64,000 bases of DNA from Candidatus Omnitrophica bacterium UBA6249 (GCA_002441305.1 DJVT01000014.1:178791-242790), one strand, 5' to 3'. Counted from the stretch's first letter, positions 42,582 through 52,234 are shown. A program made the numbers and translations. Notes: generated from the letters alone by a model not told the origin.

Positions 42582-42662
42582 TTATCCCAAACAGGGTTTT
42601 CTGCCTTTATTAGCCTTCTTGGAACGCCAATTAAGCTTTCCTCTTCTTTTTCTCTTTCCCAT
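42582..42662 (-). CDS. 26-aa highly basic peptide, possible ribosomal protein bTHX homolog
   Basis: Own translation: MGKRKRRGKLNWRSKKANKGRKPCLG, then TAA. The ATG lies 2 nt after the CsgG-like stop. It resembles Thermus Thx ([25 protein letters not shown], recalled from memory). Confidence 0.4.
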   Translation of the reverse strand: MGKRKRRGKLNWRSKKANKGRKPCLG

Positions 42663-42664
42663 AT

Positions 42665-43309
42665 TTAATCCTTATAATAATTTTGAGGAACATTAGATAC
42701 TGTATAACGCGCCGCTTCAAGCAGGCATTCGTGAATAACCTTGCCCATCGGAGTACCGGCATATTCGCTCAACCCGGATTTAAACGCCTTGTCGCGGGGT
42801 GTATTTATTTTATTCTCCGGGTTTTCTACCGCCTGGCTTTGTATATCCCGGCTGCTTATTACGCTTGAAGTCGGACGATCCACTATACGCAGGTTGAGCT
42901 GCATAGTCGCCTTGTTTAAAGGAGTGCCTAACAGCCCGCCCATAAAGTTGCTTGCGGCGCTGCCTCCTCCCCCTACTCCGGATTTGCCGCCGGAATTCTC
43001 AGGGACAAATTCCACTACGCCTGCGCTTATAATCAAATCTGTTTCCGTTGGAGCAACTAAAATAAAATGATTTGTGCCCGCCAGGATGCTAACGAAATAC
43101 TCCTTCAGCGCCTGGCCGAGTTCCGTGGTAAGGCCGGATGTATTCAGCTCAAAATCACTTACCGCTATCCTGGCTTTTTGCCCGCGGTAGCTGCTCCATC
43201 CCTCGGAAGCAGGATGCAACGCCTTCCGGTTCCATCCTCCGGCAGAAAAACACCCGGAGGCGAATAAAGGTAAAACCAGACAACAAAACACCCTGAACTT
43301 CATATTCAT
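42665..43309 (-). CDS. CsgG/HfaB-family outer-membrane lipoprotein
   Basis: Trimmed to MNMKFRVFCCLVLPLFASGC (lipobox). IAVSDFELNTSG...LGQALKEYFVSILAGTNHFILV matches the CsgG-family N-domain pattern. Confidence 0.6.
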   Translation of the reverse strand: MNMKFRVFCCLVLPLFASGCFSAGGWNRKALHPASEGWSSYRGQKARIAVSDFELNTSGLTTELGQALKEYFVSILAGTNHFILVAPTETDLIISAGVVEFVPENSGGKSGVGGGGSAASNFMGGLLGTPLNKATMQLNLRIVDRPTSSVISSRDIQSQAVENPENKINTPRDKAFKSGLSEYAGTPMGKVIHECLLEAARYTVSNVPQNYYKD

Positions 43310-43344
43310 GATTTTTTTTACTATATTACCAATTGACATTACTG

Positions 43345-44010
43345 TCAAGGGGAAACCGGACCGGGTATTTTCCGGAACAGCTTCAGGAGCCGGTCGAGCC
43401 CGGAACACACCTTGAAAGGACGCTCCCGCTTCAATTCGGCTGCCGGACTGGAGCCGCCGGTTATGACAATCGTTTTAATCCCCGCCCGCCTTCCGGCCTG
43501 GGCATCAATAACCATATCCCCGACATATAAAGCATGGCATTTCCTTATTCCCAGCCGCTTGACTATTTCGTTCAAGATCTGCGGATCCGGTTTGCCGCGT
43601 TCCAACTGGTCGGCGCAAACAACACAATCGAAAAACCCGGCTATCCCGAGGTGCTTCAGGAGGATGAATGAAAACTTGCTCGGCCGGTTGCTCGCAACGG
43701 CTAATTTATATCCACGGGATTTAAGAAAATTCAAAAGCTTCCCGGCATACGGATAAAGGCGGGACAGAAGAACCAGGCTTTTCTTATGATGCCTTCGGTA
43801 CATCTTCAAAGCCATGCTCAATTTATCCGGCGGGGTATAGGGCTTAAGCAAATTGCTGTCTCCCCAGCCAACCGAACGGCGTATAGTCTCCGGCCCTCTG
43901 GGCTTAAGCCCTAATTTACACATAGTGTAATTAAAGCTCGAACGAATGGCCCTATAGGCATCAACCAGGGTGCCGTCAAGATCAAAAATTACCAGTTTTA
44001 TACCGGGCAT
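43345..44010 (-). CDS. HAD-IA hydrolase (phosphoglycolate phosphatase-like)
   Basis: 221 aa. VIFDLDGTLVD and YVGDMVIDAQAG motifs. Confidence 0.8.
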   Translation of the reverse strand: MPGIKLVIFDLDGTLVDAYRAIRSSFNYTMCKLGLKPRGPETIRRSVGWGDSNLLKPYTPPDKLSMALKMYRRHHKKSLVLLSRLYPYAGKLLNFLKSRGYKLAVASNRPSKFSFILLKHLGIAGFFDCVVCADQLERGKPDPQILNEIVKRLGIRKCHALYVGDMVIDAQAGRRAGIKTIVITGGSSPAAELKRERPFKVCSGLDRLLKLFRKIPGPVSP

Positions 44011-44127
44011 AATAAAATACAGGCAGGGTTTTATCCCTGCCTCATGGAAACAACCGTCTTTTATCCGCGGATACCGTCCGCCGCCCCGATAAACCTCCCG
44101 GGGACGAAAGCCTGCTTTTGATGAAGG

Positions 44128-44556
44128 CTATGCCGGATCCTCGGATGAGCCTTCGTAGGAATCCGGATTCTCAAGCCCTATGTTCCTGGCGATATTCTTA
44201 CCTTCCGGTCCGCTTATATAATCAATGCTGAGAGTATCCTTGTTTTTTATATCTGCCAGATTCTTTATATTCTCAAAAGAAGTCTTCTCGTCAACGGATA
44301 AGGTTATGTCTTTTTCCTGGTCCGTTTCGTAATCCAGATACTTCAGGGTAAGAGTATTCCCGGGTATATCAAGGCCGGCCACTTCCCCCCAAACCCATTG
44401 AATGTCATCTTCGCTCGGCTGAATTTCCTGGGATTGCCCGCCTGCCGTGGCCCCAGTTTCATCCGCCTTGCCGGAAACATCTGTTTCTGCGGCAAAAGCT
44501 GCAACCGTAAAGGTTAAAACAAGGATAAAAACGGATAAAAACTTTTTGGAACCCAC
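44128..44556 (-). CDS. Secreted acidic protein, function unknown
   Basis: 142 aa with a GTG start after AGGAGG. The signal peptide ends AAFA|AE. A TTGACA-N17-TATTTT promoter candidate lies upstream. Confidence 0.5.
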   Translation of the reverse strand: MGSKKFLSVFILVLTFTVAAFAAETDVSGKADETGATAGGQSQEIQPSEDDIQWVWGEVAGLDIPGNTLTLKYLDYETDQEKDITLSVDEKTSFENIKNLADIKNKDTLSIDYISGPEGKNIARNIGLENPDSYEGSSEDPA

Positions 44557-44609
44557 GAAGCCTCCTATTTAACGGCCATAAAATAACACAGTTTCCCGCT
44601 CTTGTCAAG

Positions 44610-46001
44610 CTATCTATAGAAAGGTATAAAAACCAGCGCCGCCATCACAATAACCGTAGTGACGGAACCCACGCTTAACCCCACCCAAAACCAGGTTAAA
44701 AAGTTTATCTTTATGCGTTTCTCTTTCTCCAGCATGCCTATAGCAACGATATTGGCGGTAGAGCCAATAAGGGTTATATTGCCCCCCAGGCAACCTCCAA
44801 AAAGCAAAGCCCACCATAAAGGCTGGATATTTATGCTTAAACTCTGAAAACCCTGGACTACGGGTATAAAAGCCGCCACCAGCACTACATTATCCAGTAT
44901 ACTCGAGCCTATCGCGCTTATCCAGAGTATCGCGGAAATCAACAGGTCCAAACTGTTCCCGCAGGCAAAAAGCAGGCGCTTGGCGATAAAAACGGTAGCC
45001 CCCGTATATTTCAAAGTCCCCGCCTGGACAAAAAGAAGAAGAAAGAAAAGAAGAGTCCACCATTCCACGTCTTTCTCGATATATTTTCTGGCTTTATTAT
45101 GCCTCCATATCATTACCAGTCCGCTTGCTACAAGAGGCACCACCAAAAGCACGGTATTAGCGGGCAGGCTCCAGAGCATTTCCATGCGCCTGTGGAGGGA
45201 TATAAAAAACAACATCGAGGCGAATATCGTCAGGTTGACTTTAAGGTTCTTGTCCGGGGGAACGGAAATCAGCCTGATCAATATATCATTGGCCCCCAGC
45301 TTCTTCATCTGCTCATCCAACAGCTTAATCGGTTTCCTATACCAGGAGAGCAGGATAAAAAGCGTAACCAGAAGGCAAATGGCCGCCAAAGGAAAAGCCT
45401 TGACGATAAAATCCTCAAAGCTTAACCCTGATTTCGAGGCGATGAGGATGCCGATCGGGTTCCCCAATACCGTAGCGGAGGAACCGATGTTCGTAGAGAG
45501 CACGGAAACAAGGATAAAAGGCACCGGGTTAACCTCAAAATAATCACAAATCTCCAATACCGCCACAACCATAAATATTATCGAGGTGACTTCATCGATG
45601 GCGCATGCGAGCAAAGCGGATACGATCCCTATGATAAGCACAAATTTTCTCCCGGTAAGCCCGGGAATACGCAGGATAATACTGACGATCCAGGCGAAAA
45701 CCCCGGAATCTTTAAGCAGTCCGATCACCACCATCATCCCTACCAGAAAGAGTATGACTTCAAGCGAGGAGAATTCGATAACATGCTCCAGATCTATAGT
45801 CTTGGTCATCAACAGGATGGAAGTGCCGATAAAAGCAAAGCTAAGGCGGAAATCCCAAAAGAAAAGCGTGCCTAATATAGAAGCGGAGAATATGCTGATG
45901 GAGAGAGCCTGATGCGCGCTCATCCCCGAAGAATTGGCGTAAAAACCAAGCCATAAAGAAAGGAAAAACAGCGAACAGAGTTTAAGCGCCAGGTTTTTCA
46001 T
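44610..46001 (-). CDS. ArsB/NhaD-superfamily (CitMHS-like) permease, second paralog
   Basis: 463 aa polytopic protein. The C-terminal GGCLGGNITLIGSTANIV parallels GASLGGNITPIGASANIV of 31718-32986. Confidence 0.7.
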   Translation of the reverse strand: MKNLALKLCSLFFLSLWLGFYANSSGMSAHQALSISIFSASILGTLFFWDFRLSFAFIGTSILLMTKTIDLEHVIEFSSLEVILFLVGMMVVIGLLKDSGVFAWIVSIILRIPGLTGRKFVLIIGIVSALLACAIDEVTSIIFMVVAVLEICDYFEVNPVPFILVSVLSTNIGSSATVLGNPIGILIASKSGLSFEDFIVKAFPLAAICLLVTLFILLSWYRKPIKLLDEQMKKLGANDILIRLISVPPDKNLKVNLTIFASMLFFISLHRRMEMLWSLPANTVLLVVPLVASGLVMIWRHNKARKYIEKDVEWWTLLFFLLLFVQAGTLKYTGATVFIAKRLLFACGNSLDLLISAILWISAIGSSILDNVVLVAAFIPVVQGFQSLSINIQPLWWALLFGGCLGGNITLIGSTANIVAIGMLEKEKRIKINFLTWFWVGLSVGSVTTVIVMAALVFIPFYR

Positions 46002-46032
46002 TAATCGAATAGAGGCTTTTTGCGACTACCGC

Positions 46033-46605
46033 TTAACAAATAAACTCTTTGACGCGGGAATGCGTCTTACAGAAAACGAATACTGCAAAAACTGCCTTCA
46101 GAATATCCCCGAAAACAAAAGGCAGAAATCCGGATAAAAACGCCTGCGCTAACGAACAACCCATATAAGCTTTCAGCCAGAGGGCGCCACTGCATAAAAG
46201 GATAAAATCTGCGCACAAGAATACAAAAAAGATGTATTTCCGGCTTAAATTCTTCCCCGTAAATAACTTGCCGGTGAAAAAAGAGGCCAGGATGAAACCA
46301 ACAAGATATCCTCCAGTCGGTCCCAGCAGATATAAAGAACCGCTTCCTGATCCCGTAAATACCTGAAGCCCGGTCAATCCCAAGACCATATACCCGGCCT
46401 GGGAAATCCCCCCCAGCTTTCTTCCCAGCAAAGCCCCCGATAAAAGGACAAAAAATGTCTGCAGGGTAAAAGGAACCGGAGTAAAAGGCAGGGGGATACG
46501 CACAAAAGCCGATAAAGCGGTCAACAGCACAAAAATTGAAACGGCCAGGAAACGGCATATCCTCTTATTATCGCAAACAATTTCTTTTTTAATCACAGAT
46601 TCCAT
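46033..46605 (-). CDS. bioY: Biotin transporter BioY
   Basis: 190 aa. PFTLQTFFVLLSGALLG and GPTGGYLVGF motifs. Confidence 0.85.
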   Translation of the reverse strand: MESVIKKEIVCDNKRICRFLAVSIFVLLTALSAFVRIPLPFTPVPFTLQTFFVLLSGALLGRKLGGISQAGYMVLGLTGLQVFTGSGSGSLYLLGPTGGYLVGFILASFFTGKLFTGKNLSRKYIFFVFLCADFILLCSGALWLKAYMGCSLAQAFLSGFLPFVFGDILKAVFAVFVFCKTHSRVKEFIC

Positions 46606-46622
46606 CTTTTTCTCCTTTTATC

Positions 46623-46832
46623 TCATTCTTTAGCCATGATCAGCACAACTGCGCCGATGAAAATGAAAAATAACCCCGCGCAGCCTTTAAAAACTACAAG
46701 GCAGGCATCCCACCACCCCAGGAAAGCCCACCCTCCCAACACAAGAAACAACAGGCCTAAAATAACCTTAAGTATGGCAAACAAGGTCTTCTGCGCCCTG
46801 CAACAGCATTTATCTTCCTCGCCTGGCATCAA
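46623..46832 (-). CDS. Small two-TM Cys-rich membrane protein, function unknown
   Basis: 69 aa with an N-terminal EEDKCCC and two hydrophobic helices. It is tightly packed between the lpxL-like gene and bioY. Confidence 0.4.
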   Translation of the reverse strand: MMPGEEDKCCCRAQKTLFAILKVILGLLFLVLGGWAFLGWWDACLVVFKGCAGLFFIFIGAVVLIMAKE

Positions 46833-46843
46833 ACTCCTCCCTT

Positions 46844-47758
46844 TTAACTATTGGGCCTGCTCTTCCACCGGCGGTGTATCCAGCCCCATTCCGCAGGATA
46901 TTTTCTTATGTAAGATTCGATGATATCGGTTAAATTCTGGATATTCATAGTTACCGTATCATGCGCGCCGGTTCCCTGGACAAGTTCCATCTCCGGTTCG
47001 AAAACAGCCTTATGGCAATCCCCGGGTTGACGGATAATAAAACAGGGTATTAGCGCCGCGCCCGTACGTTGAGCGAGGATAACCGGGCCTGTAGCCGTAG
47101 CTGCCTTCTGCCCGAAGAACTCGATAAAAACCCCTCCCGAACCGAAATTCTGGTCTATGGGAATAAAAATTATCTCGTTATTGCGCAAGGCCTGAATAGT
47201 TTCGTTAACACAAGTATTCCGGGGCTGGCTGTAAATCGTCCTTACGCCGTATTTATCCCTTTTCTTGCGGAAGACTTCTTCCATGCGGGTGTCGTGCATC
47301 GGTTTCATTATCCCCCCCGTCTTATATCCGGCTACCGCCAGCCTCCCGAGAAGCAAAGGGAAATTTCCGAAATGGGCGCTTACCAGGATAACTCCTTTGC
47401 CTTTAGCCAACGCCCTATCCAGATGCTCGACTCCAACAAACTCTACTTTATCCTTTAAAAGCCGGGGCTTGTCGAAAAAAAACATCAATTCAACCGCGCC
47501 CTTGGCGATATTGGAGAAACAATCCCGGGCGATGCGCTCCAGCTCCTCTTCGCCCTTTTCTTTCCCAAAAGCCACTCTTAAGCTGGACAAAGCGATATCC
47601 TTATGTTTCCTGGCAAAAATATAGGCTAAAACCGATATTCTTTGCGCGAACTTATAAAGACAGCCCGGCGGGATTGTCTTGACTATCAGGAAGCATATGT
47701 TCAGGCCAACCCAGGCCATAAACCTGCTGAAGATTTTCCGAATTTTCTTAAGATTCAT
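46844..47758 (-). CDS. Lipid A biosynthesis (LpxL/HtrB-type) lysophospholipid acyltransferase family protein
   Basis: 304 aa. N-terminal TM helix, the SAHFGNFPL motif and PIDQN motif contexts. Confidence 0.75.
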   Translation of the reverse strand: MNLKKIRKIFSRFMAWVGLNICFLIVKTIPPGCLYKFAQRISVLAYIFARKHKDIALSSLRVAFGKEKGEEELERIARDCFSNIAKGAVELMFFFDKPRLLKDKVEFVGVEHLDRALAKGKGVILVSAHFGNFPLLLGRLAVAGYKTGGIMKPMHDTRMEEVFRKKRDKYGVRTIYSQPRNTCVNETIQALRNNEIIFIPIDQNFGSGGVFIEFFGQKAATATGPVILAQRTGAALIPCFIIRQPGDCHKAVFEPEMELVQGTGAHDTVTMNIQNLTDIIESYIRKYPAEWGWIHRRWKSRPNS

Positions 47759-47812
47759 AACAGTATAAGTTAACCAATTATAACAATAAGGCCGCCGATT
47801 GCAATAATATTC

Positions 47813-48295
47813 TTAAAGCTTATAACCTATCTTGCGCAGGAGGTCTTTACGCCAGGCGATATCCCCGGGCGCCTCTATCCCCCGGGGGCTTGAACCGTCA
47901 ACCACCCCCATTATTCCCCTGCCGCTGCCGGTCTGGGCGATGATTACTTCCGTGGGGTTTGCGGTAGCGCAATATATGCCGCATACTTCCGGAACAGTCT
48001 TCACGGCATTGAGCACGCTTACGGGATAAGCCCCATCGATAAAAATGATAAAAATATGTCCGCAGGCAAGTTCGAGAACGTTTGCACAAGCCAGCTCCTT
48101 CAATTCCGCATCATTCCCCTCGCTTCTGACCTTGCATTCCCCGGAAGCCTCGCTAAAGGCTAAACCGAACTTAGCCCCGGGCACATTGACGAGGACCTCG
48201 TACAGATCTTCCACTGTTTTGATAAAATGGCTCTGTCCGAGTATGAAATTGAGGTCGGCGGGCTTCTTTATGGCTACCGTCTTGAATTCCAGCAT
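47813..48295 (-). CDS. Adenosine-specific kinase family (PF04008-like) protein
   Basis: 160 aa. GQSHFIKTVEDL, FGLAFSEASG, CATANP and GIMGVVDG resemble the family pattern as recalled. SD GGAGGGGAG upstream. Confidence 0.55.
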   Translation of the reverse strand: MLEFKTVAIKKPADLNFILGQSHFIKTVEDLYEVLVNVPGAKFGLAFSEASGECKVRSEGNDAELKELACANVLELACGHIFIIFIDGAYPVSVLNAVKTVPEVCGIYCATANPTEVIIAQTGSGRGIMGVVDGSSPRGIEAPGDIAWRKDLLRKIGYKL

Positions 48296-48317
48296 CTCCC
48301 CTCCTGTTAAAACCTGT

Positions 48318-49742
48318 TTACGGATTGTCCCTTCTGATCTTCACTTTACGGAAACCCACCGCATCGACGGGCAGGGTGCCATGAAACGCCCTGAGAGAAG
48401 TCAACACATAATCAGGGTCGCCTAACAGGCTGAGCGGTATTTTCAAAGACAAATGGCCTTTAGCGGATTCCAGCATAACCCCGGAATTAACCACTCTTTT
48501 CTGGGCGTCAAAAACCCTGCATTTGTTAGCCGCCGTGATAATGCGTATTTTTGGCATGGCGGAAAACACCGTATCCCTGCTGTATCCGAATATATACAAC
48601 AACACGCCGAACCTCCGGCCTGTTTTACGCGGCTTGTCTATTTTCACTACAAAATATCCGTCTTCCTCGGCATAACTGACCTTCCCATATGTCTTTCCCC
48701 GGTCATCCCGGGAATCGCCCCGCTCGGGAGAAACCTCTTCTTCAAACATCCTTGAAGCCCCGAAAAACGATACGGGCCTGCCCTCTGCGGATTCCTGCGG
48801 GAACAACTCCACGACAGGGTAATCGCCGAACAATTCGTTCTCCCTGGAAAAAGCCGACAGGTAAAAAGCGCTTGATTCCGTTTGACTTTTGTAAAAAAGG
48901 GTAGCCCGGTATTTCTTGTCAAGCTCCTCAAATCCCAAATCCAGACGGCGCCAGTCGATCTCGGAACCTGAGAACTTATCCGGAGGGTAAAGCTCCATTT
49001 CCGGATGATAGTGGCGCGGCTTGGGCCACCCTGCGCAGTGCACAAGATAAGGATAAACTCTGGGAGGAGGAATCTTGCCTTCCAGGTCACTCAAGGCCAC
49101 CTGGAGAAACAGGTATAATGATTTGTGATCCACGTTAACGTCCGCTGGATGCGAAACAAAAATTTTATCCGGCTTATAATCGAGTATCTGCTTGCTTAAA
49201 TCGCCCAGGATGTTCTCCCCGCAATAAGAAGAGCCGTAAGAAGGGGTATCTTCATAAGGCACGCTGGATATGCGGGTCAGGCGGTCACGGAAAGGTTTTT
49301 TGGTCCTCCAATACTTGCTGAATATGTTAAAGGTGCCATAGTCGGGATACCCGAGGAATACCAGATTGCTTTCCGGCAAACCAAGATACTCCATTGCCTT
49401 GATGGCTTCCTTACTGCGTACCCTGCCCATATGCACGAATTCACCCTGCCTTACGGTCAATCTCTTTTCATAGACGATAAATGCAAATTCATTATGGTCG
49501 CCGTTGGTTAAATAGACAATTTTCACTTCCGCGCCTGCCTTGAGCGCCTGCTGGATAACCCCGGCGCAGGCAATCGTTTCGTCATCCGGATGCGGGGCTA
49601 AAATCAACACACGTTCGCCTTTTTTAAATGGCTCCAAAGAGGGGATTTTTTTCCACGGGGAAGAACCGGGATGCCCTGCCCTGAGGCAGCCGGCAAGAAG
49701 AAAAGAAAGGATCAAGAAAAACAGTGTCTTTTGTCTGCACAT
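48318..49742 (-). CDS. Lipoprotein PIG-L/LmbE-family deacetylase with a C-terminal extension of about 200 aa
   Basis: Signal and lipobox FLLAGC. VLILAPHPDDETIACAG zinc-deacetylase motif. The C-terminal half has no motif I recognise. Confidence 0.7.
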   Translation of the reverse strand: MCRQKTLFFLILSFLLAGCLRAGHPGSSPWKKIPSLEPFKKGERVLILAPHPDDETIACAGVIQQALKAGAEVKIVYLTNGDHNEFAFIVYEKRLTVRQGEFVHMGRVRSKEAIKAMEYLGLPESNLVFLGYPDYGTFNIFSKYWRTKKPFRDRLTRISSVPYEDTPSYGSSYCGENILGDLSKQILDYKPDKIFVSHPADVNVDHKSLYLFLQVALSDLEGKIPPPRVYPYLVHCAGWPKPRHYHPEMELYPPDKFSGSEIDWRRLDLGFEELDKKYRATLFYKSQTESSAFYLSAFSRENELFGDYPVVELFPQESAEGRPVSFFGASRMFEEEVSPERGDSRDDRGKTYGKVSYAEEDGYFVVKIDKPRKTGRRFGVLLYIFGYSRDTVFSAMPKIRIITAANKCRVFDAQKRVVNSGVMLESAKGHLSLKIPLSLLGDPDYVLTSLRAFHGTLPVDAVGFRKVKIRRDNP

Positions 49743-49800
49743 GTGGATATTTTATCATGGGGGGTGTTTTAGTCAAGGAAATCGCTTGCGGTGAATATGT

Positions 49801-49828
49801 TTGCAAAAGGATACAGTTGTTATACAAT
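49801..49828 (+). promoter_or_regulatory. Promoter TTGCAA-N16-TACAAT ending 6 nt before the CDF ATG
   Basis: TTGCAA at 49801-49806 and TACAAT at 49823-49828, then ATTTCT and the ATG at 49835. No SD. Confidence 0.5.
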
Positions 49829-49834
49829 ATTTCT

Positions 49835-50722
49835 ATGAACGATAAAATGCAGGCGCACTACCGGCAGATAAAAAAGATTCTTCTTGCGATACTGGCGCTG
49901 AACTGGCTCGTGGCCCTGGCAAAAATAGCCTACGGGCTAAACAGCGCATCTTCCAGTATGACGGCAGACGGATTCCATTCTCTTTCCGACGGCACCTCTA
50001 ACCTTATCGGCTTGCTGGGCATCCATTTCGCCTGCCAGCCCGTGGACCGCGACCATCCGTACGGGCACAAAAAATACGAAACGCTGTTTTCCCTGGTCAT
50101 ATCCGCGATGCTCTTTATATTATCCTTCAACTTGCTTAAAAATGGATGGGAGCACCTGCACCAGCCTGTGCTCCCGCGCGTAAACACAGGAAGTTTCGCG
50201 GTTATGCTCTTTACTATAACGATAAACATCCTGGTGATGCGTTATGAACGCAGAAAAGGCAGGGAATTGGGCAGCGACATCCTGATTTCCGATTCCATGC
50301 ATACCCGGGCCGATATTTGCACGTCCCTTGCCGTAATCCTGTCCCTTGCCGCTTCATGGCTCGGTTTTACTATACTTGACCCTTTAATCACTATGTTGAT
50401 ATCGTTGTTTATCGGATTTTCCGCTTTTGAAATAGCCAAACAGGGATCCGATATCCTTTGTGACACGGCCGTATTCCTGGATGACAACAGGATAAAAGAA
50501 ATCGTATTGAAAGTAAAAGGGGTGCGCGCCTGCCATAAGATACGCAGCCGCGGAAGGATCGATGATGTGCATATCGACCTGCATGTGCAGGTCAACCCCG
50601 ATATGCACATAGATAATGCGCACCAAATAAGCTACCGTATTGAAGAAGCGATCAAAACATCAATCCCGGAAATAACCGACATCGTGGTGCATATGGAACC
50701 GCAAGAGAAACACCGGAAATAA
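49835..50722 (+). CDS. Cation diffusion facilitator (CDF) family transporter
   Basis: Trimmed to MNDKMQAHYRQ. The FHSLSDG and HTRADI metal-site motifs are present, with a C-terminal cytoplasmic domain. Confidence 0.85.
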   Translation: MNDKMQAHYRQIKKILLAILALNWLVALAKIAYGLNSASSSMTADGFHSLSDGTSNLIGLLGIHFACQPVDRDHPYGHKKYETLFSLVISAMLFILSFNLLKNGWEHLHQPVLPRVNTGSFAVMLFTITINILVMRYERRKGRELGSDILISDSMHTRADICTSLAVILSLAASWLGFTILDPLITMLISLFIGFSAFEIAKQGSDILCDTAVFLDDNRIKEIVLKVKGVRACHKIRSRGRIDDVHIDLHVQVNPDMHIDNAHQISYRIEEAIKTSIPEITDIVVHMEPQEKHRK

Positions 50723-50740
50723 CCAAATCCGGAAAGCTGT

Positions 50741-52234
50741 TTAGCGGCATTTCCTGACACAGGGTAATACAGAAAGCGCTACCGAAAACAAACAAAATAA
50801 TACAAAAAAATCTCCGTAACGGCTGTAGAGAGTTATCCCTCCTTTTTTTAAATCGATGCGCCTGCTCATGCATCCTCTCGCGAATATCTCTTTGCCTTTA
50901 TCCCCCCCGGATAAAGGCGATACCCTGCCTAAGGCGTCTATAAACCCTGAAACGCCGGTATTGGCGGAACGAACAACATATATGCGGTTCTCGACAGCCC
51001 TGAAGACAGACGCCGCCAGATGCTGGTACGGGGCGCTGCTTTCTTTATACCAGGCGTCATTGGTTATATTGACCAGAAAACCTGCCCCTCTCTTCACGAA
51101 CTCCCGGGACAGTTCCGGGAAAAGGTCTTCGAAACAAACAAGCACAGAAAAAGGCGCGGGACGGTCAAAAACCGTATATTCCCTCCCGGGCTCAATATCC
51201 CCGATAGGGGCAAACGATCTTAAAAAAGGAAAGGTGTCTTTAAGCGGGATATACTCGCCGAACGGGACGAGATGGATTTTATTGTATAAACCGGACACCT
51301 CCCCTGACTTGTCAACGAGGATGGCGCTGTTAAAATACCTCCCCCCCTGGAATGAGACGGCGCCTATCAAAATGTACCTTCCGGTATCCGAAGCCAAATC
51401 GAAAACCCGCGCAAACTGATAATCCGTACCCGGCTGGGCAAATACAAAAGGCATGGAGGCCTCCGGCCATACAATCAACTCTCCTCCGCCTTCTCCGGCC
51501 GCTTTGGCGGTTAAGCCCGCATAAGTCCCCAGGATGGCAGAAGCCGCCTTCTTTTCCCATTTCATCTCCTGCGCTATGTTTCCCTGAATCACAGAGATAT
51601 CAAGAGACCGTTCGCTGCGCGCAGGCTCCCCCGAGCGGGAGAAAATATTAAACACACCATACCCCAGGGTCAAAAACAGCACGCAGGCGCATAAAACAGC
51701 ATTTTTCATCCCCAGGCGTTTGCGCAAAACAAGATAACAGGCCGCATTCGACAGCAAAAGAATAAAAGAAACCCCCCAGGAACCGGTTATATCGGATATC
51801 TGGATAACCGGAATATTCTTATATTGCGACAACCCTGCCAGCGCCCAGGGAAAACCGGTGAGCAGATGGCTTCTGGCGTACTCCAGCAAAACCCACAAAC
51901 CCGGAACAAAGAACAAAAACCTGCCGGGAGGCAACGCGCGGAAATAACTGAGCGCACAAGAGAATATTCCGAAATAAAGAGCCAAATAAGTAATTAACGC
52001 GATCTGGCCTGCCAAAGTGACATGCACAAGCCAATAAATAGTCACTCCCCAGAATGCCACACCGCATAGCCATCCGTAAAAGAAAGACTTAAGGGGCTTC
52101 CTGCCTTCCAGGGAAACAAAAAGGGGAAGCATGCCCCACCAGGAAATAAACCATAAATCGGGATTGCAAAAAGGTATGGATAGCAGGATACCGGATAAAA
52201 CCGGAAGGAGGATTTTATTTATTTTCCGCAGCAT
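50741..52234 (-). CDS. lnt: Apolipoprotein N-acyltransferase
   Basis: 497 aa. N-terminal polytopic region plus a CN-hydrolase domain with the [11 protein letters not shown] catalytic Cys. Confidence 0.9.
   Translation of the reverse strand: MLRKINKILLPVLSGILLSIPFCNPDLWFISWWGMLPLFVSLEGRKPLKSFFYGWLCGVAFWGVTIYWLVHVTLAGQIALITYLALYFGIFSCALSYFRALPPGRFLFFVPGLWVLLEYARSHLLTGFPWALAGLSQYKNIPVIQISDITGSWGVSFILLLSNAACYLVLRKRLGMKNAVLCACVLFLTLGYGVFNIFSRSGEPARSERSLDISVIQGNIAQEMKWEKKAASAILGTYAGLTAKAAGEGGGELIVWPEASMPFVFAQPGTDYQFARVFDLASDTGRYILIGAVSFQGGRYFNSAILVDKSGEVSGLYNKIHLVPFGEYIPLKDTFPFLRSFAPIGDIEPGREYTVFDRPAPFSVLVCFEDLFPELSREFVKRGAGFLVNITNDAWYKESSAPYQHLAASVFRAVENRIYVVRSANTGVSGFIDALGRVSPLSGGDKGKEIFARGCMSRRIDLKKGGITLYSRYGDFFVLFCLFSVALSVLPCVRKCR

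Noticed and set aside
46067-46558. 163-aa alternative-frame minus-strand ORF inside bioY
   Set aside because: It is on the same strand as bioY but out of frame. BioY motifs are only present in the 46033-46605 frame.
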